A stretch of 64,000 bases of DNA, taken from contig OZ244937.1 of assembly GCA_965222075.1 (NCBI GenBank), positions 2,048,001 through 2,112,000 of the forward strand. The letters run 5' to 3'. Shown here piece after piece: positions 18,370 through 27,571 of the stretch. Position 1 is the first letter of the stretch. Every line of letters begins with the position of its first letter. Below the pieces are notes generated by a model that was not told the DNA's origin, did not search any database, and worked only from the letters and a program-made list of their open reading frames with translations. The position numbers and the translations under genes were made by a program. The DNA is from Candidatus Latescibacterota bacterium. GTDB taxonomy: Bacteria > Latescibacterota > UBA2968 > GCA-2709665.

Positions 18370-19419
18370 ATGGCTATAGAAGCAGCAACGCTCCAGGAAA
18401 CCTTCGAAGAGATGGAGCGGAAACTCCACAGGATCGTCCCTGGTATAGAACTCCGTTACAAGGCGGAACTCGTCTACGAAATCAACCGCCTCAAAAAGGA
18501 GCGCGGGGCGATCATCCTGGGGCACAACTACATGGAACCGGCGCTCTTTCACACTGTTCCCGACGTGGTCGGCGACTCTTTGGAACTCAGCCGGAAGGCC
18601 GCGGAAACCGACTGCGATCCCATCGTCTTCTGCGGCGTCCGGTTCATGGCCGAAACGGCCAAAATCCTGAACCCGGACAAAACCGTTCTGCTGCCGGCCA
18701 AAGTGGCGGGCTGTTCTTTAGCCGCAAGCATCACCGCAGAAGACGTCCGCACCCTGCGAAAACGGTATCCCGGCGTCCCCGTCGTCACCTACATCAACAC
18801 CTATGCGGACGTCAAAGCCGAATGCGACATCTGCTGCACCTCCAGCAACGCGGCAAAAGTCGTGGCATCCTTAAATGGCGACGCGGTCATTTTCCTGCCC
18901 GATGAATACTTAGCGGCGAACGTCGCTCAAGAAACGGGCAAGCGGATCATCTTCCCCACCAAAGTCGGTCTGGACCAGCCTCAGAAGGGGCTGGAGTACG
19001 AAATGATCGGTTGGCACGGCAGGTGCGAAGTCCACGACAAATTCACCGTGGAAGACGTTGAAAACGTCCGCGCGCAGTTCCCCGGCGTGCTCGTGCTTGC
19101 CCATCCGGAGTGCAGCCCGGAAGTCGTCGCGGCCGCCAATTTCTCCAGCAGCACCTCAAAAATGACCCGATACGTCCGGGAGACCGACGCGCCCAGCTAC
19201 CTGCTCCTGACCGAGTGCAGCATGGGCGACAACATCATGGCCGAAAATCCCGAAAAGGAGATGGTCCGGCTCTGCAGCATCCGCTGCCCTCACATGAACG
19301 AAATCACCCTCGAAGACACCTTAAACGCCTTACAAAACGACGAACAGGTCATCGATATACCCGAAGAGATTCGCATTCGGGCCAAACGCGCCGTGGACCG
19401 GATGCTGGAAATCGGGTAA
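18370..19419 (+). CDS. nadA: Quinolinate synthase A
   Basis: ILGHNY, GDSLELS, FCGVRFMAETAKILNP, GCSLA, YINT, LAHPEC, CPHMNEITL. AAGGAGG precedes ATG 18370. Confidence 0.96.
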   Translation: MAIEAATLQETFEEMERKLHRIVPGIELRYKAELVYEINRLKKERGAIILGHNYMEPALFHTVPDVVGDSLELSRKAAETDCDPIVFCGVRFMAETAKILNPDKTVLLPAKVAGCSLAASITAEDVRTLRKRYPGVPVVTYINTYADVKAECDICCTSSNAAKVVASLNGDAVIFLPDEYLAANVAQETGKRIIFPTKVGLDQPQKGLEYEMIGWHGRCEVHDKFTVEDVENVRAQFPGVLVLAHPECSPEVVAAANFSSSTSKMTRYVRETDAPSYLLLTECSMGDNIMAENPEKEMVRLCSIRCPHMNEITLEDTLNALQNDEQVIDIPEEIRIRAKRAVDRMLEIG

Positions 19420-19440
19420 AACGATGGGCAATAAACAAAC

Positions 19441-19472
19441 GCAGGGGCGGGTTTTTAATCCGCCCCTGTTTT
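19441..19472 (+). terminator. Rho-independent terminator after nadA
   Basis: CAGGGGCGG (19442-19450) / CCGCCCCTG (19460-19468) followed by TTTT. Confidence 0.7.
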
Positions 19473-19489
19473 CATAGGGAATCCAACAC

Positions 19490-20722
19490 ATGGCCCTGGA
19501 CATCTGGATGTTTATGGGAAAAATCGACGCTTTCGAAAACGAAGGCGCAGACGCCATCCTGGATCGCCTGCAGGGAGTCGGCATCAACACCCTCGTCCTG
19601 GGCGACCTCATCTTCGACGCGCAGCCGGCCTATCCGTTCACACCAAAACTTTATACCGACTGTGAAACCTCGCCCCCGGAAATGCCTCCGGAGAACGCTC
19701 CCCGGTTCGAGATCCTCAGGGAAGCCGTCCGGAAAGCAAAGGAACGGGGATTTGGAATCTACCTGCACGACTGGGGGCAGGGCGCGCCGGGGTGCATCAA
19801 CAACCCGGAAAAACTCCGCTACGGGCCGTCCAGAACCCGGGACGTGGTCCGGAGCCTGCCCCAGGTCGACGGCTTTATTTTAGACGGACCCGAATGGGGC
19901 TATGAAATCGCCCCGGAGCATCGCAGCGACCTGTTCCGGTGCGACTGCGACTGCTGCCGGGACAGGGCAGCCGCCTGGGGCTACGACTTCGACGCCCTCT
20001 TAGGCGCCCGTGACCGGTTGAAATCCCGCTTGCAGAACCTGGACCACCTGCCCAAAGGTCGACGGGAGCGGGGACTAATGGACGGGCTTGACCTCCTGAT
20101 CGGCGACCCGAACCTCTTCGACTGGTTCCGGTTTAAAACCGACTCGGTTGAGCGCTACGTCCGAACATTCGCCGAAACCGCCCGGCAACTGGACCCGCCC
20201 AGAGCCATGGCCTGCGGCCCCAGATTGCCGGCCTTTGCCCCCTTTACAGGTTACAACTTCCGGCGGCTGTCTGAAATCGTCGACTTCCAGTGCCCCAAGC
20301 TCTACTTCTGGCAGCACGGCATCGACGGCCTGAAAGGCACGCTCTACCGCTACGCCGAAACCCTCTGCGCCTGGAACCCGGGCCTCACCGAGCCCGAGGC
20401 CTTAGACCGCGTGCGGGAACTGTTCGCCCTGTGGGTGCCGGGCACATCCGGACTGGACGGCCTGAACGATCCCCTGCCGCCCGAATTTTTCCAGACCGTG
20501 GTCACGGCCGAAATCGCGAAAATTCGGGAACGCATCGGAGACATCGCCCGCATCCGCCCCTGGATGGGCCTGCACCACGGCGGAGTGAGAATGGACAGCG
20601 ACGAATTGGAACAACTGCTAAGCGTGATCGCAGCGGGCGGACTGGTCACCTTCATCTACTGGCACTACAGCGACATGACCGGGGCCGATTGGGAGGTGGT
20701 CAAAAGCATCACCGGGCAGTAG
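19490..20722 (+). CDS. Hypothetical protein, possible glycoside-hydrolase-like TIM barrel
   Basis: 410 aa ORF with alternating beta/alpha pattern, DGFILDGPEW and a CDCDCC Cys cluster. Function not recognisable. Confidence 0.6.
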   Translation: MALDIWMFMGKIDAFENEGADAILDRLQGVGINTLVLGDLIFDAQPAYPFTPKLYTDCETSPPEMPPENAPRFEILREAVRKAKERGFGIYLHDWGQGAPGCINNPEKLRYGPSRTRDVVRSLPQVDGFILDGPEWGYEIAPEHRSDLFRCDCDCCRDRAAAWGYDFDALLGARDRLKSRLQNLDHLPKGRRERGLMDGLDLLIGDPNLFDWFRFKTDSVERYVRTFAETARQLDPPRAMACGPRLPAFAPFTGYNFRRLSEIVDFQCPKLYFWQHGIDGLKGTLYRYAETLCAWNPGLTEPEALDRVRELFALWVPGTSGLDGLNDPLPPEFFQTVVTAEIAKIRERIGDIARIRPWMGLHHGGVRMDSDELEQLLSVIAAGGLVTFIYWHYSDMTGADWEVVKSITGQ

Positions 20723-20756
20723 CGCCCGGTGATGGAAAATGCAAAGGCCGAAAGAC

Positions 20757-20800
20757 GACGGACGACGGAAGTAGCGATATGCTTTCATCCGTGGTCCGTC
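20757..20800. repeat. Heptamer-based inverted repeat between convergent genes (possible bidirectional terminator)
   Basis: GACGGACGACGGA (20757-20769) vs TCCGTGGTCCGTC (20788-20800), one mismatch. Confidence 0.5.
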
Positions 20801-20807
20801 ATTTTCC

Positions 20808-22160
20808 TCACCCCACCTTGCTCTCCCCGGTCTCCCCGTCGAACACCTCCGTCTGGAACACCCGGTTCTGAAACCGCACGTACTCCGCCATCGCCATCGC
20901 AGGCTGGTAGTCCTTCAAAACCGCCTTCGCTTTTTCAGCCTTTCCGTAAAGCAGGTCCACCGCCGCCAGCGCTAAGGACTTGGCCGGCGAGACATACCCC
21001 ATCTCCTTATCCGAAATATGCCACTCGGCGCTGTGCCCAGGTCCGCTTGCTCCCGCCATATAGGGATGGATCGCAGGCATGAGATGCGACAGATCGCCCA
21101 TGTCGGTCGACCCCGTCCGGTGCCCGACCTCGCAATATTCGTCCACCCCGAACAACAACTCCGAATTTGTCTTGAAAACCTCCTGCAGCCCCGGATCGTT
21201 CCTCATTGGCATATACCCCGGAAGCGTCTCGATCTCCACCTTTGCCCCCAACGCCATCGCCCCTGCCCGAAGCGCCCGGTCCACCTTTTGATTGGCTTCT
21301 AAGATCGCCTCATTCGTCTTTCCCCGCACATAGGTCTCCATCCGCACCTCGGCCGGGACCACATTCACAATATCCCCGCCTTTGGTAATAATCGGGTGCA
21401 CCCGAATCGTATCTCGATCCCGAAACGTCTCTCGCTGAGCGTGAATAGCCGCTATGGCCACATGCGCCGCATTCAGCGCGTTAATCCCTTCATGCGGAGC
21501 GCCTCCGGCGTGGGCCGCCCGTCCCAGGAACCGGATCATCTTCACCACACACCCGTTGCAGGAAGGCGCCACCGCAACCTTCCTCATCTCCGGATCGCTG
21601 TGCGTATGAATCATCAACGCCATGTCGATATCGTCGAAACATCCCAGCCGGACCAGCTCGGACTTCCCTCCCAGAAAGCCCAGCCTCTCCTCCTTCACCA
21701 GCCCCAGCCGGTACTCCACCTCCACGTACTCCTCTGCCGGCACCGCAAAAAAGACCACCGTTCCGGCCAGCGCTTCGGCCGCCCGGCCGTCCACCATCCC
21801 CATCATCGCCCCCATCAGCCCTGCAATCTGCGCGTTGTGACCACACGCATGGGCCGCCCCCGTGTCGGCATCCGCCATTGGATGGTCCGACACAACCAGA
21901 GAATCCAGTTCCCCGATCAACGCCACCGTGGGCCCGGGCGCCTTCCCCTTCAGCACCCCCTTTACCCCCGTAATGGCAAGCCCCACCTCGTGGAAAATCC
22001 CGAACTCCTCCATCGTATTGGACACCAGCTTAGCCGTCTCAAACTCCTTGAATCCCGTCTCCGGGTGCGCCATAATATGATCGCCGATCCGTTCGATCTG
22101 CGCCTTCCGCCGATCGATCGCCTCACAGATTTTCTGTTTCAATTCCTTCTTCGTAGCCAT
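20808..22160 (-). CDS. M20-family amidohydrolase (AbgB-like)
   Basis: HPETGFKE, GELD, HACGHN, PAEE, GRAAHAG, GSTDMG. Confidence 0.92.
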   Translation of the reverse strand: MATKKELKQKICEAIDRRKAQIERIGDHIMAHPETGFKEFETAKLVSNTMEEFGIFHEVGLAITGVKGVLKGKAPGPTVALIGELDSLVVSDHPMADADTGAAHACGHNAQIAGLMGAMMGMVDGRAAEALAGTVVFFAVPAEEYVEVEYRLGLVKEERLGFLGGKSELVRLGCFDDIDMALMIHTHSDPEMRKVAVAPSCNGCVVKMIRFLGRAAHAGGAPHEGINALNAAHVAIAAIHAQRETFRDRDTIRVHPIITKGGDIVNVVPAEVRMETYVRGKTNEAILEANQKVDRALRAGAMALGAKVEIETLPGYMPMRNDPGLQEVFKTNSELLFGVDEYCEVGHRTGSTDMGDLSHLMPAIHPYMAGASGPGHSAEWHISDKEMGYVSPAKSLALAAVDLLYGKAEKAKAVLKDYQPAMAMAEYVRFQNRVFQTEVFDGETGESKVG

Positions 22161-22170
22161 AAACCTCCCC

Positions 22171-23220
22171 TTACCTGATCTTCAGCAACAGCACGAGCAA
22201 AATCGGCGTTCCCACCGCCTGCAGCAGCATAAACCGCACCAGCACCTGAGTATTGGACCACCCGTCTCTCTGTCGGAAATGGTCGTGCAGCGGATAGCGC
22301 ACCGTCTTGAAAACCCCGATCTTGAAAAACCGGAGCAGCGCCACTTTCAACAGCCCCGTGGCTCCGTTCACCAGCACCACCCCCGCGACGACAAAAATCA
22401 GAAACGGGTTGCCACAGGCCAGCACGAGCATCCCCAACAGCAGCCCCACAGCACGAGACCCCGCATCCCCCATCATAACCGCACTTGGAAGGGCATTGTG
22501 CCACAGATACCCGGCCAGACACCCCACCATCAAAAACGCCAGCATGGCCCAGCCAGCGCCGTAGTCGTAGTACGGCACCAGCAAATAGTCGGCAATCACA
22601 CTGTGGCCTACAATCCCGTACAAAAATCCTCCCAGATAGAGGAAGGCCAGCGCACAGAGGCTTCCCGACAGCCCGTCCACTCCATCGGTGCAGTTCGTTG
22701 CATTAATCGCCAGCCAGATCAGCACGGCGCCGATTGGAACGAACACCGGTGGTGAAACAGCAATGGGAGTCTTGATGAGCGGCAGCCACAGCTCGAACGT
22801 ATCGAGTTGGCAGATCACCATCGCCGCCAGCAGGGAAATCCCCAGATCGATGGCTGCCATCCGGTACTCTCCCCACCCCTTCTCGCTTCTGTCGTCCATA
22901 AACCCCACGAGCATCGCCACCAAAATACACCCCAGCGCCTGCAAAAACCGCATCTCCAGCGGAAGAATGAGCAGACAGACCACCAGGTAGACCGGGATAA
23001 AAACAACCCCCGCGCCTGACGGCTTCCCCTGGCTCTGCTCCCCCTCAACCGCGTGGGCCCGCCCCCGGTCCATGGGAAGGCGCATCCAGAGCCGGGGCAG
23101 GAGCAGCCAGGTAAAAATCGTGGCCAGCGCCGTCCCCAGCCCCGCCAAAAAGAGATAGGAGGTCAGCAGCCGAAACGGCCCGTAGACCTCGGATAATTGA
23201 TGCCCCAGCCAGTAAAGCAC
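22171..23220 (-). CDS. mraY: Phospho-N-acetylmuramoyl-pentapeptide transferase (MraY family), stand-alone copy
   Basis: KPSGAG, GFMDD, NATNCTDGVDGL, MMGDAGS, PLHDHF and C-terminal LKIR. About 10 transmembrane segments. Confidence 0.82.
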   Translation of the reverse strand: MLYWLGHQLSEVYGPFRLLTSYLFLAGLGTALATIFTWLLLPRLWMRLPMDRGRAHAVEGEQSQGKPSGAGVVFIPVYLVVCLLILPLEMRFLQALGCILVAMLVGFMDDRSEKGWGEYRMAAIDLGISLLAAMVICQLDTFELWLPLIKTPIAVSPPVFVPIGAVLIWLAINATNCTDGVDGLSGSLCALAFLYLGGFLYGIVGHSVIADYLLVPYYDYGAGWAMLAFLMVGCLAGYLWHNALPSAVMMGDAGSRAVGLLLGMLVLACGNPFLIFVVAGVVLVNGATGLLKVALLRFFKIGVFKTVRYPLHDHFRQRDGWSNTQVLVRFMLLQAVGTPILLVLLLKIR

Positions 23221-23370
23221 AACCTCCGTCCTTTCATTATTTTAAGGATAATGCGCCACAATCCTGCGCCCTTTCAAGAAATGTAATACCATCCCCCAAA
23301 AAGGGCAAGGAGAAACAGCGGCCTCGGAGGAGCACGGTGCCTCTTAGAATACGACATCCGGACAAAAGAC

Positions 23371-23399
23371 TTGACAATCCCCGGCTGACACCTTATTTT
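23371..23399 (+). promoter_or_regulatory. Sigma-70 promoter of the thrS leader
   Basis: TTGACA 23371-23376, 17 bp spacer, TATTTT 23394-23399. Confidence 0.6.
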
Positions 23400-23403
23400 T
23401 TCC

Positions 23404-23598
23404 ATGTCACGAACCGAAACTCCGGAGAATGCCATGACGTCTGCTTTGTTTCAACAAAGCCCCCCCATCTTCAACCGGAGCGCCAAAGCCGCTCTAACAG
23501 GGGAGACGTCTACCCGGTCCACCGGCCATATGCATCACCATATAACCTTAACCACGTCGCATACCAGCCCCTCGGCGGTGGACCCCTCGGAGACCTGA
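23404..23598 (+). CDS. Thr-rich leader peptide (alternative in-frame starts at 23434 and 23530)
   Basis: 12 Thr in 64 codons, 8 of them in TGETSTRSTGHMHHHITLTTSHT. Ends 36 nt before a terminator located upstream of thrS. Confidence 0.65.
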   Translation: MSRTETPENAMTSALFQQSPPIFNRSAKAALTGETSTRSTGHMHHHITLTTSHTSPSAVDPSET

Positions 23599-23663
23599 TC
23601 CAACAAAAATCATAAACTTCCCACCTTTCTGAGCCCACTGCCAACCCGGCAGCGGGTTTTTTT
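23574..23663 (+). promoter_or_regulatory. Transcription attenuator (antiterminator/terminator pair)
   Basis: Terminator CCCACTGCC-AACCC-GGCAGCGGG-T7 (23634-23663). GGCGGTGG (23574-23581) can alternatively pair with CCACTGCC (23635-23642): 8 bp including one G-U. Confidence 0.72.
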
Positions 23664-23849
23664 ATTTCGCCCTTTTCACAAGGAGAGCTTCAACAATGAA
23701 ATCTTTAAGAAAGACCAGCGAATTTACGCGCTTTGTCATCGTCGATACAGGTGGCAACGCATTCGACGTAACACCGGAGAACTTTGCACAATGCCCGATC
23801 TTTTTAAAATCCGAATCCGTGTATAACCTGTTGCGACAATTCGTCTCCA

Positions 23850-24452
23850 GTGAATCTCCCCGCCCAAAGGGCGGGGCTTCTAACTGCTAAAACCAAACAG
23901 ATCAAGCTGTTGAGGACCTTTCTTCTCTTGCCGATGATATCGGATATATTTCTTGATCACCTCAGAGGTCACTTTGTCGCCCACACTACGAGCAAAATAA
24001 CCATCTTCCCAGAACTCGCCACCCCATAGCTCTTTCTTGACTTCTGGGTGGTCTGGAAAAATCCGACTTGCAGAAATGCTCTTCAAAATACCAACTACCT
24101 TTGCTATCGAATAGCGGGGGGGAAACGACAAGAAAATGTGAACATGATCTTCTGCAATTTCCATCTCTTCAATCTCAAAATCGAAATCCTCAGCAATCTG
24201 ATAAAATAGCTCTCGAACATGGTCCCGAATATCGCCTCTCAGAATCCACTTCCGATATTTCGGTGCCCACACCAAGTGATACTGAGTATCGTAGACCGCA
24301 TGACTGGTTCGTCGGAGTCCCATCGTATGCCTCCTGAGTCGATATCTGCCTCAGTGGTCTGCATACGATAAGACAACATCTTAGCTTGCCTTCGGCAAGC
24401 AGAACTTTTCCTCCCCTTCCAAAGGAAGGGGTATCCAAGTTCAAAACCTTTC
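23850..24452 (-). mobile_element. IS200/IS605-family element (tnpA only)
   Basis: Subterminal hairpins CCCCGCCC-AAA-GGGCGGGG (23858-23876) and CCCCTTCC-AAA-GGAAGGGG (24413-24431). TGAA at both junctions. Removal restores the thrS frame. Ends uncertain by a few bp. Confidence 0.9.
23880..24323 (-). CDS. tnpA: IS200/IS605 Y1 transposase
   Basis: YHLVWAPKYR, HUH motif EDHVHI, FWEDGYF, catalytic Tyr in KKYI. Confidence 0.96.
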   Translation of the reverse strand: MGLRRTSHAVYDTQYHLVWAPKYRKWILRGDIRDHVRELFYQIAEDFDFEIEEMEIAEDHVHIFLSFPPRYSIAKVVGILKSISASRIFPDHPEVKKELWGGEFWEDGYFARSVGDKVTSEVIKKYIRYHRQEKKGPQQLDLFGFSS

Positions 24453-24786
24453 ATGAACTGGCGCAGGGCGTGGGATCGGAAACGCCCCCCAAGCACATCG
24501 ATTACATGCGCCAGCACGAACTGGTGGACTACTGCGAAGTCTCCGAAAAAGGACACTACAAATGGTATCCCAACGGCGTAATGGTTCAAAAACTCATTCT
24601 GGATTATGCGTCTCGGCTGGCCCACGCGTGGGGCGCTGTTGAAATGAAAAATCCCATCGTCATCCGAGGAGACCACAACGTCGTGGGCGAATTGATGGGA
24701 GAATTTCACGAACGGGACTACCAGGTCGACGGCGGCAGGGGCGTCTGCTACCTCCGGTATGCGTCGGACCCCCTCGCCTTTCCCTT

Positions 24787-26346
24787 GGGTGTAGCCTCGT
24801 TTTTACGCTGCGATTCTGTGAATTGTTATAGGTGTGGTTTGCTGCAGGTACCAGTTCCAGAAAGCATCCCATCGTTTCGATTGAACGAGGACTCGTAGGT
24901 TGAGGATCCGCTGGCCGCCTTCTCGAGTCCAGCGCATGCCGCTTCTTTTAAGCCGGTGGCCAACGATGGTCTTGGCAGCGGCCTCCACAGGGCCACTGGC
25001 AATGATCAACCCCAAGGCGTGATAGCGAGCGTATTCCATTTTGTCCCGGTTGTTGCGGAAGTAGCCCAGTTCGACGCTCGCTTGGCGATAGCGTTTTGAT
25101 CCGCTTGGCAGTTTGCGGCGGTGGTAGGATAGGGAGCGGATCAGGCCCTTTATGGCATTGGGTTCATGGCGCAATTTGTGCCGCCAAGATCGGTACCAGC
25201 GATCTGCTTTCGCCGAGGCCTTGCCGAAAAGATGCTCGGCGGCCTTGGACAGGTGGTGCGCTGCGTGATAGAAGTCCAGAATGCGGGTGAACCCGTCGAA
25301 CACACTTTGCTGGTCTACAGTATGCCAGATCGCTCGTTTGCCGTCGGCCAACACGACCCGGTGGTCATAGCTTCCCTGCTGCAAGGCCTTTGCCGTCTGG
25401 TCCACCAAGCCGTTGACCAGGGTCTCCATCTTCGTCTCGGGCATACGCGCGGCATAGCGCACGTCAACGCGTTGGGGCTCTTCCGTCTCCGGATGCAGCG
25501 GCGTCAGGTAGGTGGCGACCATGCCCACACCCGCCTCCTTCCAGGCCGTGGGCGCGCTGTTGGTGTCCCTATCCATCGGTCGTTGGGGTGGACGCCCGCG
25601 CTTGGGCGCTGGTTCCCGCAAGGGCACGGTGACCCCGTCCCAACTCACCACCAGGGTGTCGGCTTGGGCATTTAGGGGCGCCGCCTCTTGCAAGGCCAAC
25701 TCGAGCTGTTGGGTACCGTCCTCGGCACACTGCCCGACGGTGGTCAACAGGTGCTGAATCGCGGTGCGGGAAGGCGGCTCGGGCAGCACTTCAGCCAAGC
25801 TGTCCTCCACTTCGGCCGGGACCAGGCGGGCACTTAGAAACGCCGTCACGCGCTCCAGCGCCGGTACCATGAAACGATTCACCATGCCGCAGCGCTCATC
25901 CAAAGGCACCCGGCTTGCCCCGCCCCGGTCGTGCTGATACAGCCGTCGTGGCATCACAACCTTGCCCCACAGGGTCATCCACTCCTTGTTGACCACTTGC
26001 TTGAATCGGTATACCCGATCCTCACTTACCACCGTCTCGTCCGCGATCTCACAGGCCTGCGCCAGGTGTTGGAACCCAGCCCGACCGATGTCGTCCAAAG
26101 AGGCTCGAAGCTCGTCCATCACCTCGCCGAATGCCTCTGGTCCTGATTGCTCCGACTGCAGGTGTTGCTCCCACTGGAGGACATTTTCTTGCAATTTCGC
26201 TATACAAGCACTCAGATTCTGTGTATCTTCCATCTGGGACCCCCTTCCGGGTTTTGGGCTTAAGTGTATACACCCAAAAATACATTCGTACCCGGATTTG
26301 GGGGCCCTCTTTTTGAAAAAAGCTGCGTAAATCAAAACCTACACCC
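24787..26346 (-). mobile_element. ISKra4-like (UPF0236-type DDE) insertion sequence, 1560 bp
   Basis: Terminal IRs GGGTGTAG...TTTACGC-GC (18/25 match) and an 8 bp target duplication TTTCCCTT at 24779-24786 and 26347-26354. Confidence 0.9.
24803..26233 (-). CDS. ISKra4-family transposase
   Basis: WDG, LADG, ILDFYHAAHHL, SGPVEAAAKTIVGHRLKRSGMRW. Start placed at the ATG 26233 after GGAAGGGG. Confidence 0.88.
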   Translation of the reverse strand: MEDTQNLSACIAKLQENVLQWEQHLQSEQSGPEAFGEVMDELRASLDDIGRAGFQHLAQACEIADETVVSEDRVYRFKQVVNKEWMTLWGKVVMPRRLYQHDRGGASRVPLDERCGMVNRFMVPALERVTAFLSARLVPAEVEDSLAEVLPEPPSRTAIQHLLTTVGQCAEDGTQQLELALQEAAPLNAQADTLVVSWDGVTVPLREPAPKRGRPPQRPMDRDTNSAPTAWKEAGVGMVATYLTPLHPETEEPQRVDVRYAARMPETKMETLVNGLVDQTAKALQQGSYDHRVVLADGKRAIWHTVDQQSVFDGFTRILDFYHAAHHLSKAAEHLFGKASAKADRWYRSWRHKLRHEPNAIKGLIRSLSYHRRKLPSGSKRYRQASVELGYFRNNRDKMEYARYHALGLIIASGPVEAAAKTIVGHRLKRSGMRWTREGGQRILNLRVLVQSKRWDAFWNWYLQQTTPITIHRIAA

Positions 26347-27370
26347 TTTCCCTTTATGCAGAACGTCCGCTTCAGCCACAGGCAATCGCCCCTGAAAGTG
26401 TACGAGGAAGCCACCTGTTTCCGCAACGAACAGGAAGGAGAGGTGAGCGGCCTCAAGCGGGTGCGAAACTTCATGATAACGGATATGCACGCCGCCTGCG
26501 CCACCCAGGCCGAAGCGCGCGGTGAGTTTGAAATCCTGTGCCTCAAATTCGCCGACCTCATGAACGACATCATTGCAAAAGGGCGCTGGGTTCTCGGCTG
26601 GGAAGGCACCGTGGATTTCTTCGAAGCCAACAGAGCGTGGCTGATCGACATCGGAAAAAAGATGAACGTGCCGGCATTTTTCAAGCTCATGCCGCACATG
26701 AGCCACTACTATGCCATCAAAAACGAATATCAATTCATCACCGAAGACCGGTCCAATATCCAGATCAGCACGGTACAGTGGGACGTAAAGGACGGCGAGC
26801 GATTCAATATCGGCTTTACCGACGGACAGGGCCGCAAGCACCCCTGTCCCGTGATCGTCCACGCGTCCAGTTTTGGAAGCATCGAAAGAACGCTCTGCGC
26901 AATTCTGGAAAATATCGCGGTTGATGTATCCAGAGGCGTTCCACCCCTGTTCCCCCTCTGGCTGGCGCCCACACAGGTGAGAGTCATCCCCGTTGCCGAC
27001 GAACACCTGCCCTTTGCCACGGACATCTGCGACACCCTATCCTCCCGAAACATCCGGGTAGACGTAGACGACCGGGGGGATACCGTGGGCAAAAAGATCC
27101 GGAATGGAGAGAAGGCGTGGATCCCCTACCTGCTGGTCGTCGGGAAAAAAGAACAAACCTCGGGCCGACTGAACATAAGATCGCGCGAGAACAGAGCGCA
27201 GATAGAGATGGGAATTGACGATTTCATACAGATGGTCTGTCAAAAGACCGGGGGAATGCCTTTCCGCCCTCTGCCTGTGCCCCAACGAATAAGCCGGCGA
27301 CCGCTATTTTACGGTTGAGCGAAAAAATGGACGGGCGAATAGCTCACACCTCGCCAAAAAACCATCGCCA

Positions 27371-27430
27371 TAAGGGACAGGCCCCTGTGCCTTGCCCGGA
27401 TTCAGGCACCCACAGGCAGGCGCCCCTGCA
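27371..27430. repeat. Degenerate REP-like palindromic doublet
   Basis: GGGACAGGCCCCTGTGCCTTGCCC ... AGGCACCCACAGGCAGGCGCCCCTGCA, with CCTGTG/CACAGG and GTGCCT/AGGCAC complementarity. Confidence 0.35.
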
Positions 27431-27571
27431 AACCGGATGAGGGCCACATGACCAAATACACCCTGCTATTCTCCCACAGCGTCGGCGGCATCGGCGCCAT
27501 GCGCACGTCCTCTTCTATGCGAAATCACACCGTTTTTACCATCTCTAATACGCAAATAGAAAGGACATGCC

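Larger units (their letters stand above)
23696..27318 (+). pseudogene. thrS: Threonyl-tRNA synthetase, archaeal-type catalytic core, interrupted by two IS elements
   Basis: Joining 23696-23849, 24453-24786 and 26355-27318 gives one 1452 nt frame (483 aa). It contains PPKHIDYMRQHELVDY, KWYPNG, LRYA, motif 2 FRNEQEGEVSGLKRVRNF..DMH, QISTVQWD, HAS-SFGSIER, PLWLAPTQV and the anticodon-binding domain. AAGGAGA RBS before 23696. Confidence 0.92.

Noticed and set aside
23560-23665. T-box riboswitch upstream of thrS
   Set aside because: GGTGGACCC does not give the UGGNACC bulge, and no stem I/specifier loop was recognised. The leader-peptide model fits better.
23850-24452. IStron (self-splicing group I intron/IS hybrid) rescuing thrS
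   Set aside because: The element is ~600 bp, mostly tnpA, and antisense to thrS, leaving no room for a group I core. There is also no tnpB.
27448-27571. Met-sensing leader peptide before metG
   Set aside because: Only three scattered Met codons, no stop before metG and no terminator.
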